Below, piece after piece: positions 1 to 10,929 of a DNA stretch of 18,614 nucleotides; position 1 is the stretch's first letter; each line of letters begins with the position of its first letter. A program made the translations under genes and the position numbers. Where the stretch lies: NCBI RefSeq assembly GCF_006345805.1, contig NW_021824444.1, positions 1-18,614 of the forward strand, in the 5' to 3' direction. The stretch is from Octopus sinensis. Lineage: Eukaryota. Below the pieces are notes generated by a model. That model was not told where the DNA came from and searched no databases. It saw nothing but the letters and a program-made list of their open reading frames with translations.

Positions 1-265
1 AGAAATAGATGGTCATTCCTCCAGGTATGTCTGGAGAATTTTTAGAAATGGAAAATACAAAATAGAAGAAAGGAAACTAGCGTAAAGGAGAAAAAATTAG
101 AAAAATTCTTTTTAGTTTAGTATTTCATTTCAACTTTTGAATATTTCTGTTTAAAAAAAAAGACAAAAGAAAAAAAAAAGATTATGTAGATTAAAAGATT
201 AAAGATTGGCACACCGTCGGTTACTAAACGCCTGTTGAATATTTTTCTGTACCTGCGATTATCTG

Positions 266-401
266 GAAAACGTCATTGGTAAAAGATTCCTGTCTCTCTT
301 AGACAAACATTTTCCAGAAAATTACAGATACAGAAAAATATTTAACAGGAGCTCAGTTAAGTTATCATAGGGGCTGCTGCCCCTATATGAAATGTATCAG
401 T
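266..401 (+). pseudogene. Penelope-like retroelement (PLE) ORF fragment, region between RT thumb and GIY-YIG endonuclease
   Basis: Manual translation from 266 gives ENVIGKRFLSLLDKHFPENYRYRKIFNRSSVKLS*, then after a frameshift GCCPYMKCIS. This matches my recollection of the PLE motif TNIGKxFLxLxDKHFP...KIFNRNTVKVSYSCMPNM. Stop plus frameshift indicates a dead copy. Confidence 0.75.
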
Positions 402-436
402 ACACGCACACAGCACCAAGAGCCTACTTCCACGTG

Positions 437-512
437 GAGAACCTATACACCAATGAAGCCGGGAAACTGGCCTTTATGAGCCAGGTATGGCTCGAGAAGG
501 AATAAACAACAA
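437..512 (+). mobile_element. 3' tail fragment of SINE family B (5'-truncated)
   Basis: ggagaacctatacaccaatgaagccgggaaactggcctttatgagccaggtatggctcgagaagg...aacaac aligns with the reverse complement of 9468-9545, the tail of the full-length copy. Confidence 0.8.
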
Positions 513-524
513 AAGCAGTCAGTA

Positions 525-649
525 TACATTATTTACATTTGACGGATATTTGTCCTCATCTTGTTGTTGTTAACACAACGCTTCAGCCGAAACGTTGTGT
601 TAACAACAAACAAGATGAGGACAAATATCCGTCAAATGTAAATAATGTA
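525..649. repeat. Near-perfect inverted repeat (56/57-bp arms, 12-nt loop), probably an inverted PLE terminal repeat
   Basis: 525-580 is the reverse complement of 593-649 apart from one 1-nt indel. The loop is cttcagccgaaa. Confidence 0.9.
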
Positions 650-714
650 AAGAATGTAAATAATATAAATAATTCCTCATCTCTTAAATATAGAGCTGAA
701 CAGTCGGTATGTTG

Positions 715-948
715 GGCGAGCTGGCAGAAACGTTAGCACGCCGGGTGAAATGCGTAGCCGTATTTCGTCCGCCGTTACGCTGTGAGTTCAAATTCCGCCG
801 AGGTCGACTTTGCCTTTCATCCTTTCGGGGTCGATAAATTAATCACCAGTTACGCACTGGGGTCGATGTAATTAGACTTAATACCTATGTCAGTCATTGT
901 TTGTCCCCTTTGTGTTTAGCCCCTTGTGGGTAATAAAGAAATAGGTAT
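715..948 (+). mobile_element. tRNA-derived SINE family A, full monomer
   Basis: Head ggcgagctggcagaaacgttagc, B-box-like gagttcaaattcc, central ctttcatcctttcggggtcgataaatt, tail ccccttgtgggtaataaagaaataggtat. Near-identical copies occur at 2085, 6838 (-), 14939 and 16539 (-). Confidence 0.9.
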
Positions 949-953
949 GCTGG

Positions 954-1255
954 GAAACTCGTTATGCAATAATGTTTTGTGTTAAAGTGGGCAAAGATGT
1001 TACAAAAACTTATGGAATGCTCCAGCCTGCTCATGGATTAATTTTTTCGCTGGCAAAAGAGGTTCAAGGATGATAGAGAGAGGAAATGAGAGATGATGAG
1101 AGGTAAGGGAATGAGAGAAACGTCAGAACATCAGAGCTGGCTGAGAAAATTCATAATATTCTCGACAAAGGACTGTTGTGTGTCTATAAAGACAATAAGC
1201 CATACAGTTTGGAGTTTGTGTGGCGAGTGTACACGGGATTATGTAAGAAGATCTG
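954..1255 (+). pseudogene. Decayed mariner (Tc1/mariner) transposase N-terminal HTH DNA-binding region
   Basis: Joining frames gives ETRYAIMFCVKVGKDVTKTYGMLQPAHG / FRWQKRFKDDRE / EMRDDER / RTSELAEKIHNILD / DCCVSIKTIS / IQFGVCVASVHGIM*EDL. This is typical of mariner N-termini (QRxxIKFCxxLGKxxxETxxML..VFxWxKRFxxGRExxxDDxRxGR). Several frameshifts and stops; no DDD domain in the window. Confidence 0.8.
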
Positions 1256-1371
1256 AGGGGAGAAATAATGCAAAAATTTCGCATTCCTGCAGAAATAGTT
1301 TACTTAGTAAAAATCTTCAATAATAGAAGGCGAAACACGTCCGATTGCATAACCCCCCATTACCAAAACCC

Positions 1372-1629
1372 CATCATCATCATCATCAATCATCATCATC
1401 ATCATCATCAACTACAAAGTCAGCAGTTTCTAACTTACCCAGAACGTCATACATTTTGGATGACCGAACAACGATTAAATCGACCGAAATACTTAATGTA
1501 CACACACACAAACACACACACACACACACATGCACACACACACATACGTAGATACGTACATATATACATACGTGCATACATATTTATACACAGACACATG
1601 ATATATATGATATATATGGTACATATATA

Positions 1630-1671
<42 letters not shown>

Positions 1672-1842
1672 CGCAATGGACTGACATAATTTATCATATC
1701 AATGAAATTAGATATGAATATGATATGATAAAGCCGTATAGCTGGCTTCAAACATATAAGTTTATTATTTACTGACTTAATTAGAAGTATCATTATATTT
1801 TATATTAAGATATAAGTGAAATAAAAAATAAACAAATAAAAC

Positions 1843-1909
<67 letters not shown>

Positions 1910-1991
1910 TTTATATTAAGATGTAAGTGAAATCAAAAAATAAGCAAAGACATTAATATCATCATCATCATCAATCATCAATCATAATCAT

Positions 1992-2060
<69 letters not shown>

Positions 2061-2084
2061 TATTATTATTGTTGTTGTTGTTGT
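1372..2084. repeat. Microsatellite cluster (ATC)n, (CA)n, (TA)n, (ATT)n, (ATC)n, (GTT)n
   Basis: Directly visible tracts at about 1372-1410, 1500-1545, 1600-1670, 1845-1908 and 1957-2084. Confidence 0.95.
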
Positions 2085-2472
2085 AAGGTGGCGAGCTGGC
2101 AGAAATGTTAGCACGCCGGGCGAAATGCTTAGCGGTATTTCGTCTGCCGCTACGTTCAAATTCCGCCGAGGTCGACTTTGCCTCTCATCCTTTTAGGGTC
2201 GATTAAATAAGTACCAGTTATGCACTGGGGTCGATATAATCGACTTAATCCGTTCGTCTGTCCTTGTTTGTCCAGTCTGTGTTTAGCCCCTTGTGGGTAG
2301 TAAAGAAATAGTTATTTCGTCTGCCGCTACGTTCTGAGTTCAAATTCCATCGAGGTGGATTTTGCCTTTCATCCTTTCGGGGTCGATTAAATAAGTACCA
2401 GTTACGCACTGGGGTCGATATAATCGACTTAATCCGTTCGTCTGTCCTTGTTTGTCCTCTCTGTGTGCAGCC
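2085..2472 (+). mobile_element. SINE family A, head-to-tail dimer
   Basis: Full monomer at 2085-2310, then a second headless unit from 2311 (gttatttcgtctgccgctacgttctgagttc...) that runs into (TCTA)n. Confidence 0.9.
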
Positions 2473-2478
2473 TATCTA

Positions 2479-2511
<33 letters not shown>

Positions 2512-2528
2512 GTATCTCTCTGTCTGTG

Positions 2529-2592
<64 letters not shown>

Positions 2593-2593
2593 A

Positions 2594-2634
<41 letters not shown>

Positions 2635-2767
2635 CCTACCTACCTACCTACCTACCTACCTATCTATCTATCTATCTATCTATCTATCAATCTATCTATC
2701 TATCTACCTACCTACCTATCTACCTACCTACCTACCTACCTACCTACCTACCTACCTACCTACCTAC

Positions 2768-2818
<51 letters not shown>

Positions 2819-2886
2819 CCTACATATATATACCAATATATTCGATCATATATGTATGTGTGCGTGCGCGCGCGCGCGCGTGTGTG
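2473..2886. repeat. Compound (TCTG)/(TCTA)/(CCTA)n tetranucleotide array followed by TG/CG alternating tract
   Basis: Directly visible. (CG)n at about 2866-2880. Confidence 0.95.
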
Positions 2887-3082
2887 TCTTTGCGGCTGTG
2901 TTTGCCCTCCACTACAGCTTGACAACCGGTTGTTCGACAAAACGGACCGATAGAAGGAGTGCCAGGCTCAAAAAGAAAAGAAAAAAAAAGGAAAAATAAA
3001 TACTGGAATCGATTCATTCAACTAATAAAAACCCTTCAAGACTGTGCCCCAGCATGGCTGAGATCTGAAAGAAGTAAAAGAT
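2881..3082 (+). mobile_element. Diverged 3' half of SINE family D
   Basis: tgtgtttgccctccactacagcttgacaaccg...gttcgacaaaacggaccgatagaa aligns with 17158-17250 (tgtgtttgtccctccaccatcgcttgacaaccg...ggttcggcaaaagagaccattagaa). The tail tgccccagcatggc...gaaagaagtaaaag resembles the reverse complement of 7876-7926. Confidence 0.7.
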
Positions 3083-3328
3083 CTTCTCATTTTCCAAAAG
3101 TTGTTTTTAAGGTTAAATCTGGTGTATCATGCGCTACAAAGCAGAAATGCATCAATCCGCGAAACCCAAAATATTCAAAGCAATAATATAATATATAAAA
3201 ATGAGAAATCTTTAAAAAATATTTAAAAAATAGGCTGGTATTATTAGTTGCAAAACGTTAGTGACTATTATTCACGCGATGTTATCGATCACTGGAAATA
3301 TTATAAGAATGAAAATTCGCTCACGCGT

Positions 3329-3329
<1 letters not shown>

Positions 3330-3363
<34 letters not shown>

Positions 3364-3503
3364 CGTTTGGCTTGTTTCGTTATAATTAATATCCATTGTA
3401 TCGTGTGTGTATGTATGTGTGTGTGTGTGTGTGTGTATGAGTGTGTGTGTATGAGAGAGAGTGTGTGTGTGCCTGTGTGTGTGAATGCCTGTGTGTGTGT
3501 GCG

Positions 3504-3574
<71 letters not shown>

Positions 3575-3811
3575 ATATCTATCTATTTATCTATCTATCT
3601 ATCAATCTATCTGTCTGTATGTCTGTCTGTCTGTCTGTATGTATATATGTATGTCTCTTTATATATGTGTGCGTGCGTGCGGGCGCGTGCATGTGTATAC
3701 ACGTGCGTGTGTGTGTATTTATCTATCTATATAAATACATATCTGTGTGTGTGAGTGCGTGCATGTGTGCGCACGTGCATATATGTGTGTGAATGCATGT
3801 ATGTATGTGCG

Positions 3812-3889
<78 letters not shown>

Positions 3890-4331
3890 GTGTGTGTCCT
3901 CCATATATATAATTTATAGAGTATAAATTATAAAACAGAATACTCACATTCACGCACGCAATCACACACACACATGTTTGTATGTAAATATACATATATA
4001 TGTGTGTATATCTGTATATGTATATGTATGTATATATACATATATACGTACATATATAAACATTTATATATGTATAAGTAGATCCCTCCCTCTCTCTCTT
4101 TATCTATCTACACACACACGCACACTCACAGATACACACACACACACACACACACTCACGCACACATATATTTGTGCCCTTGTATTCCTCTATCTAATTC
4201 TTACTGCATAATAACCGAGAAAGCTTCTGTGTCTCTGAGCCTGCCTGTCTGCCTGCTTGCCTGCCTGCCTGCCTGAGCCTGCCTGCCTGCCTGCTTGCCT
4301 GCCTGCCTGCCTGCCTGCCTGTCTGCCTGCC
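3330..4331. repeat. Microsatellite cluster (TG)n, (TATC)n, (CT)n, (TA)n, (CA)n, (GCCT)n
   Basis: Directly visible. Confidence 0.95.
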
Positions 4332-4774
4332 TTCATGTCTGCCGGTCTTTGGTCTCTGCGTATGTGACTTTTACGTCGTACCGCTTTTACTATGAGCAGT
4401 CGTTTTAATTTTTCCTCTTCACACCTACTCGGGCAAGAACAGGTGGTGGAGAGGTGGGTGGGGATAGGTGGGGAGGTGGGTGGAGATAGGTGGAGAGGTG
4501 GGTGGGGATGGGGGGCGGGCGGGCAATGGGTGTTGGCGGTGGTGTTACGCGAATAATCTCTTCCATCAGGGATGACATTTACCATTTTGATGCAATTTAT
4601 CAAAATGTTTAGCGTTGCCATTCTCACACGATTCTTTACCGCCGGCGGACATGACATAATAACACGAAATATAGAATATGTTTTGAAATAAGTTTCAACT
4701 TGGCGATAAAATTGGATCTTCTACGAGTGCAAGTGCGCTCGATTTGAAACGTTGTTGTTGACATTGTTGTACAG

Positions 4775-5325
4775 TCGTCGTCACCATCTCCTCCTCCTCA
4801 CCATCATCATCATGATGATCATCATCCTCATCATCTCTATTAAACCAGTACGACAACGACCATCACCACCGCCACAAGCACCACTACCATCATCACCACC
4901 ATCATCATTATCGTCATCGTCATCATTATCATCATAACCGCCACCACCACCTCTACCACCACCATCACCACCACCATCACCATCACCATCATCATCATCA
5001 TCATCATCATCATTATCATCACCACCCCCACCATTACAACATTATCATCATCCTCATCATTATCATCATCTTCGTCATCATCATCATTACGTACGTATCC
5101 TCCTCATCATTTTCATCATCATCACTACTAAACCAGTACCATGACGACAGCGACCATCACCACCTTCACAAGCACCACTACCATCACCTCCATCATCACC
5201 ACCACCATCATTATCGTCACCACCACCACCACCACCACCGTTATCATCATCGTCATCATCATCACGAAACCATCCTCCTCCTCCTCCTCCTCATCATCAT
5301 CATCATCGACATCACTACCACCATT
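4775..5325. repeat. Degenerate trinucleotide (ATC/ACC/TCC)n region with an internal segmental duplication
   Basis: Directly visible. The block taaaccagtac...cacaagcaccactaccatca occurs at 4841 and 5129. Confidence 0.9.
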
Positions 5326-5499
5326 CGTCAATGCCGCTGCAGCCGCAGCCGTCGTCGCTGTCGTCATCTCAACGTGCTGCGAGCGATTTTTGTAGCCACC
5401 TCCATCAAGATGCTGATCATTATCTTCATCAATAATACTGATGAAGGTGATCGTGATCATGATTATCGCTTTCCCTTTCATCAACACTTCATCACCATA

Positions 5500-5539
5500 C
5501 AGATATAGATATATACACATAAACATACATACATACATA

Positions 5540-5571
<32 letters not shown>

Positions 5572-5573
5572 GC

Positions 5574-5662
<89 letters not shown>

Positions 5663-5706
5663 ACATATATATACATATATAGACACACATACATATAAAG
5701 TGTGTG

Positions 5707-5744
<38 letters not shown>

Positions 5745-6045
5745 TTATATACACATATTCATACATATGTATGTATATGTGCATATATATATATATACAT
5801 ACATATTCATGTATATCTATGTATGTGTGTATGTGTTGGTACGTCTATATGTATGTATATATACATTGTGTAAATATATGATATTGCGTGTTTATAGGTA
5901 TGCATGTATGTATGTATGCATATGTAGATATTTATATACATTCAAATTCATACATATCTATGTGTGTATATGTATATATTATGTAAATATATGATATTGT
6001 GTGTTTATATGTATGTATATATATATATATAAATATATACATATG

Positions 6046-6083
<38 letters not shown>

Positions 6084-6105
6084 TACATATATTCATATAT
6101 ACCAC
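5500..6105. repeat. (TA)n / TATG-rich low-complexity region
   Basis: Directly visible. Confidence 0.95.
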
Positions 6106-6505
6106 TACGGTATTTAATCACCATTACTAACGGCATTTTAATCCTCCTCTTCCTCTTCTTATCCCGCCTTACCCCCCTCCCCGACACATCATCACAATCA
6201 TCATCATCATCATTATCATCAGCGAAGTAGTAGCGTATAAACACCTGAGCGCTCATCTTCCAGTGTCCCTACAGCATAAAAACTTCGCCTTAACGATTGG
6301 TTAGTCCGAAATTCTTATTCTGTGTCACATAGAAAAAGTGCATCTTCTCCCCCCCACCCCCCACCCCACCCCCCCCCCAACACTTGTACACAAATGAACG
6401 CATTCTTAATTGTGTAAGTACAGACAAATGTATATTTCTGCATAGGCGTATATGCGTTAGTGTATAAAGTAGTTACACTTATGCATCTATGACTGCATGC
6501 ACGCA

Positions 6506-6552
<47 letters not shown>

Positions 6553-6729
6553 CACACACGCACGCACACATATCATATACATATGTGAATGCATGCATGA
6601 ACGCAGACCTGTGAAAGTATAGACACACACACACACACACATATATCATAATATTTGTACATTTAATATTTTACACATGCACATATTTATACATCTATGT
6701 ATGTGCGCGCGAAAATCTATCAATCTCTT

Positions 6730-6731
6730 TC

Positions 6732-6797
<66 letters not shown>

Positions 6798-7480
6798 AGT
6801 CTACATACCTACCTACCTACCTACCTACCTACCTACCTACTTATTTCTTTACTACCCACAAGAGGCTAAACACAGAGGGGACAAGTAAAGACAGACAAAC
6901 GGATTAAGTCGATTACATCGACCCCCAGTGCGTAACTGGTACTTAATTTATAGACCCCGAAAGGATGAAAGGCAAAGTCGACCTCGGCGGAATTTGAACT
7001 CACAACGTAACGGCAGCCGAAATACCGCAAAGCATTTCGCCCGACGTGCTAACGATTCTGCCAGCTCGTCGCCTTCCTACCTACCTACCTACCTACTTAC
7101 CTACCTATCTATCTACCTACCTACCTACCTACCTACCTACCTACCTACCTACCTACCTACCTACATACATACCTACATGCATACATACATACATACATAC
7201 ATACATACATACATACATACATACATACATGCATACATACCTACATGCATACATACATACATACATACATACATACATACCTACATACATACATACATAC
7301 ATACATACATACATGCATACATACCTACATGCATACATACATACATACATACATACATACATACATACATACATCATACATACATACATACATACATACA
7401 TACCTACATGCATACATACCTACATGCATACATACATACATACATACATACATACATACATACATACATACATACATACC
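6730..7480. repeat. (TATC)n-(CCTA)n-(CATA)n array interrupted by a SINE
   Basis: (CCTA)n lies on both sides of 6838-7075. The (CATA)n portion carries a recurring variant cctacatgcatac. Confidence 0.95.
6838..7075 (-). mobile_element. SINE family A, full monomer
   Basis: Reverse complement reads aaggcgacgagctggcagaatcgttagcacg...gagttcaaattccgccgaggtcgactttgcc...gggtagtaaagaaataagta. Confidence 0.9.
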
Positions 7481-7559
7481 TATCTGTTTCTTTCTCTTCT
7501 TCTCCCCCTCTGTGTTTGTCTGCTTGTCTCTCATCCTCTCTCTTTCTACATACTTATAT

Positions 7560-7642
7560 GTGCACAATACATGCACGCAAGCATATATACACACTCATGC
7601 CAGATTTGTATATATTTATGTATGTATGTATGTTTCTATCTC

Positions 7643-7702
<60 letters not shown>

Positions 7703-7955
7703 GTATATATTTACACGTATATGTATGAACATGTATAAGAACATCACATATGTATGGTGTGATGTAGATATACGTGTGTGTGAGTGTGTTTTTTTTTGTG
7801 TTTGTGTGTGTATATACGTGAGAAGCACATATATATACAAATATATGCATATATATACACACACACATATATATTTCAATTCTTTACGGTTTCTGTCACA
7901 CTGCGGCCACTCTGGTGCACCGCCTTATACATACATATATATATATAGTACACAC

Positions 7956-8002
<47 letters not shown>

Positions 8003-8335
8003 CACATAGACATACGTACATCTATATATATATGTATATATATGTGTATGTATAAATATATGTATATATATATGTATGCATACACACACATATACATATA
8101 TATATATATGTATGTACATAGGCATACACACACACACACACACACACACAAGGACTCACTTTGAAAGAGCAGTAGTTAAATCTCTTATTGTATGAAATAG
8201 TAGAATAAAACAAAATGACGGGGGAGAGCAGGAAAGAGAGAAAGAGAGAGAATAGGAAGGAGAGAGAGGGAGGGGAGAGAGGGAGGAAGAGAAAAAGAGA
8301 GAACAGGTAGATAGTTTGAGATAAGAGATAGATAA

Positions 8336-8368
<33 letters not shown>

Positions 8369-8795
8369 GAGATAGAGAGAAGAGATGAATGCCACAGTGA
8401 ACTGAGAAATGAATGCCTCCCAAGGGTGCCACGTGAATGAAGAAGATAGAGTTGATTGAATGCTAGCATACTTGAAGTGGTGATCCGAAAATAATTCTCA
8501 ATTAATAGGTGAATGGCCTAATGTAAGAATATTACAAAAAAAAAAGCCAAAGAAAACAAAAACAAAAAAAATGAGAACTATATCGAACTTAATAAGGTAG
8601 TTCCAGACAGGTAGTTATGTATATGCACATCCGTATATATACATTTATAATATGTGTATAGACATGTATATATAATATATTCATATATATTATGATATAC
8701 GTACGTGTACATATATATATATTATATACATGTAATACAATATACACACACATATATGCATGTGAATTATAATACAAATATAATTAAATTATAAC

Positions 8796-8840
<45 letters not shown>

Positions 8841-9043
8841 TTTGAGGGAATATAAATCCAAACTTATAGGGAAAAAAATTTAGAAATACTAAATCAATTA
8901 TATACGTTTTTATTATCTTTTTTTGCAATTTACTTAATCATTGATATTTTATTGTAATTTTAATTTTATATTTTCTATATATGTAATTTTCTAGATGGTG
9001 TAATTAATTGTTCATTTTGAATTGATAAAAGGTGGTTTTTTTC

Positions 9044-9081
<38 letters not shown>

Positions 9082-9082
9082 T

Positions 9083-9119
<37 letters not shown>

Positions 9120-9143
9120 TATACATATATATATATATATACT

Positions 9144-9175
<32 letters not shown>

Positions 9176-9309
9176 ATCTATACATACATATACATATATA
9201 TATGCAAAATTTGAATATATATATGCATAAACGTTAAATACTATATTTCTATATATCATTTTATATATATTATATATTTTACACACACATATATATCATG
9301 CATACAAAA

Positions 9310-9342
<33 letters not shown>

Positions 9343-9380
9343 AATATATATATATGTTTATAAATATAGATAGATAGATT
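7560..9380. repeat. Microsatellite-rich region (TA)n, (CA)n, (GA)-rich, (GATA)n with short unique islands
   Basis: Directly visible. Confidence 0.9.
7876..7926 (-). mobile_element. Probable extreme 3' tail fragment of SINE family D
   Basis: Reverse complement aaggcggtgcaccagagtggccgcagtgtgacagaaaccgtaaagaa resembles 3037-3082. Confidence 0.5.
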
Positions 9381-9467
9381 GCACGATAACAATTACAAAG
9401 ACTGAAATATTACTTTATGAATATTTATTTAGTACTGAGATTTCACGCAAAGGTGTTAAGGAGAATG

Positions 9468-9770
9468 TTGTTTGTTGTTTCTCGAGCTACGCCTGGCTCA
9501 TAAGGGCCGATTTCCCGGTTTCCTTGGCGTAAAAGTTCTCCTCTGGACGGGACGCCGGTCCGTCGCAGGTGAGCTGCAAGATGCAGGAGGAAAGAGTGAG
9601 AGAAAGTTGTAGCGAAAGAGTCAGTAGAAGTTCGTCATTGCCTTCTGCCGGAGCCGCGTGGAGCTTAGGTGTTTCGCTCATAAACACACACACCGCCCGG
9701 TCTGAGATTCGAACCTGCGATCCCTCGACCGCGAGTCCGCTGCTCTAACCACTAGACCATGTGCCTCCAC
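9468..9770 (-). mobile_element. tRNA-derived SINE family B, full length, tail type 1, with TSD
   Basis: Reverse complement begins gtggaggcacatggtctagtggttagagcagcggactcgcggtc...ggttcgaatc (A box TGGTCTAGTGG, B box GGTTCGAATC) and ends in (AAC)-rich sequence. Flanking direct repeat aaggagaatg at 9458-9467 and 9774-9783. Confidence 0.9.
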
Positions 9771-9783
9771 TTCAAGGAGAATG

Positions 9784-10500
9784 GAGAAATCCGATTTTTT
9801 AGCATGGCATATTGTTTCAATGTCACTGCGGTGTTCATGTTCATATTCCTACATTTGTCAAGGTGTGCTTGTGCGGATGTTTCTTGATTTGAGTATGTAA
9901 TGGCGGAATTATGTTATTTACGCAATATTCGCTGCATTTGGTACACTGAGTCTGGTATATAGCACAGATTTGCAGACATATGTTTGCATCACGGATGGGA
10001 CCATCGTCCAATGCGTATGTGTTTCTCCATCGGGAAACTCTTTATCAAGCATTTTCGTAGGGAAGGTCCTGATTGGACCGGTTCTATATCTAACCTTTAC
10101 TTACAGATGATCACGAAGATAGCACCGATTTTACTAATGCTGATATGCGGTTGCTTGGAATGGTTTTTGCCATTTCCTGAGTTTAAGGCCACGAAAGTGG
10201 CTATTGATAGGATCTGGGTATCTGATGATTTAAAAAAATATTTAGGATTTGTGCAATAAGGATGAGCCATTTATTTGTTTGACTGTTATTGTTCTGGCTA
10301 CGGGCGAAATAGTTTCGTATGTGCCCAGTATTAGCATCGATAAGGAGGTCTGATCTGTAGCAAACAAACAGATCCCTGCAAACAGCTTATTTATAGAAGA
10401 TATTTTCTGATGTTACATTCCCTGATTCCGAGTTATAAGGGGAAGTATTGCTTATCCTTAATCAACTTCCAACTCAAAATCGCAAAAGGTGACATCGAGA
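9784..10500 (-). pseudogene. Highly decayed Penelope-like element: RT C-terminus/thumb and GIY-YIG-like region
   Basis: Minus-strand manual translation in order: FELE (10478-10467); FYK*AVCRDLFVCYRSDL...IRNYFARS...ILNIFLNHQ/YPDPIN (10398-10200); CAIYQTQCTKCSEY (9966-9925); TSAQAHLDKC (9880-9851). The order resembles PLE motifs FTxExE, YRKPTxxDxYLxxxSxHP, LxxNGYP, VIYxIxCxxCxxxYIG and SxxxxH. Confidence 0.55.
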
Positions 10501-10577
10501 TCAATCTTTCAACATTGAACAACCAGAATCGCTAGGTGTTGAATGCTGAATTCGATGTGTTCGTATGTGTTCGCAAA

Positions 10578-10893
10578 TAGTGGTCAGGGCATTCGGCTTA
10601 CGATCGTAAGGTCGTGAGTTCGATCCCTTGCTGTGCGTCGTGTCCTTGAGCAAGACACTTTATTCAACGTTGCTCCTGTCCACTCAGCTGGCAAAAATGA
10701 GTAGTACCTGTATTTTAAAAAGGGCCGGCCTTGTCACATTCTGTGTCATGCTGAATCTCCCTGAGAACTATATTAAGAGTACGGTAGTCTGTGGAGTGCT
10801 CAACCACTTGCACGTTAGCTTCACGAGCAGGCTGTTCGTTTGATCGGATTAACTGGAACCCTCGTCGTCGTAACCGACGGAAGGCCAGTGACA
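10578..10893 (+). mobile_element. tRNA-derived SINE family C
   Basis: Partial A box tagtggtcagg, B box gagttcgatccc, then gtgtccttgagcaagacacttt...ccactcagctg...aatgagta, resembling the conserved central domains of metazoan CORE/V-type SINEs. A second diverged copy is at 13694-13841. Confidence 0.85.
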
Positions 10894-10929
10894 ATATAGT
10901 GGTACCGTTGATGTGGAATATCGTGTTGT

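Noticed and set aside
2855-2886. Z-DNA-prone TG/CG alternating tract
   Set aside because: Real, but such tracts are abundant here and there is no evidence of a specific function.
5438-5475. ctgatga motif with a following weak hairpin, as a possible hammerhead
   Set aside because: There is no downstream GAAA box, and the motif is expected by chance in GAT/ATC-rich sequence.
1268-9286. Numerous 60-266 aa ORFs (IYIY, YLSI, HTHT, CVCV, poly-M/H/D/T)
   Set aside because: They are translations of di-, tri- and tetranucleotide microsatellites that lack stops in several frames on both strands. No coding signal.
9695-9770. tRNA genes at SINE heads (also 11400-11474 and 10578-10630)
   Set aside because: A and B boxes are present, but acceptor and T stems do not pair properly and each continues into a repeated SINE body with a tail.
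9984-10259. 91-aa plus-strand ORF in non-repetitive sequence
   Set aside because: It starts at a non-ATG codon, shows no recognisable motif and is better explained as the antisense of the decayed PLE relic.
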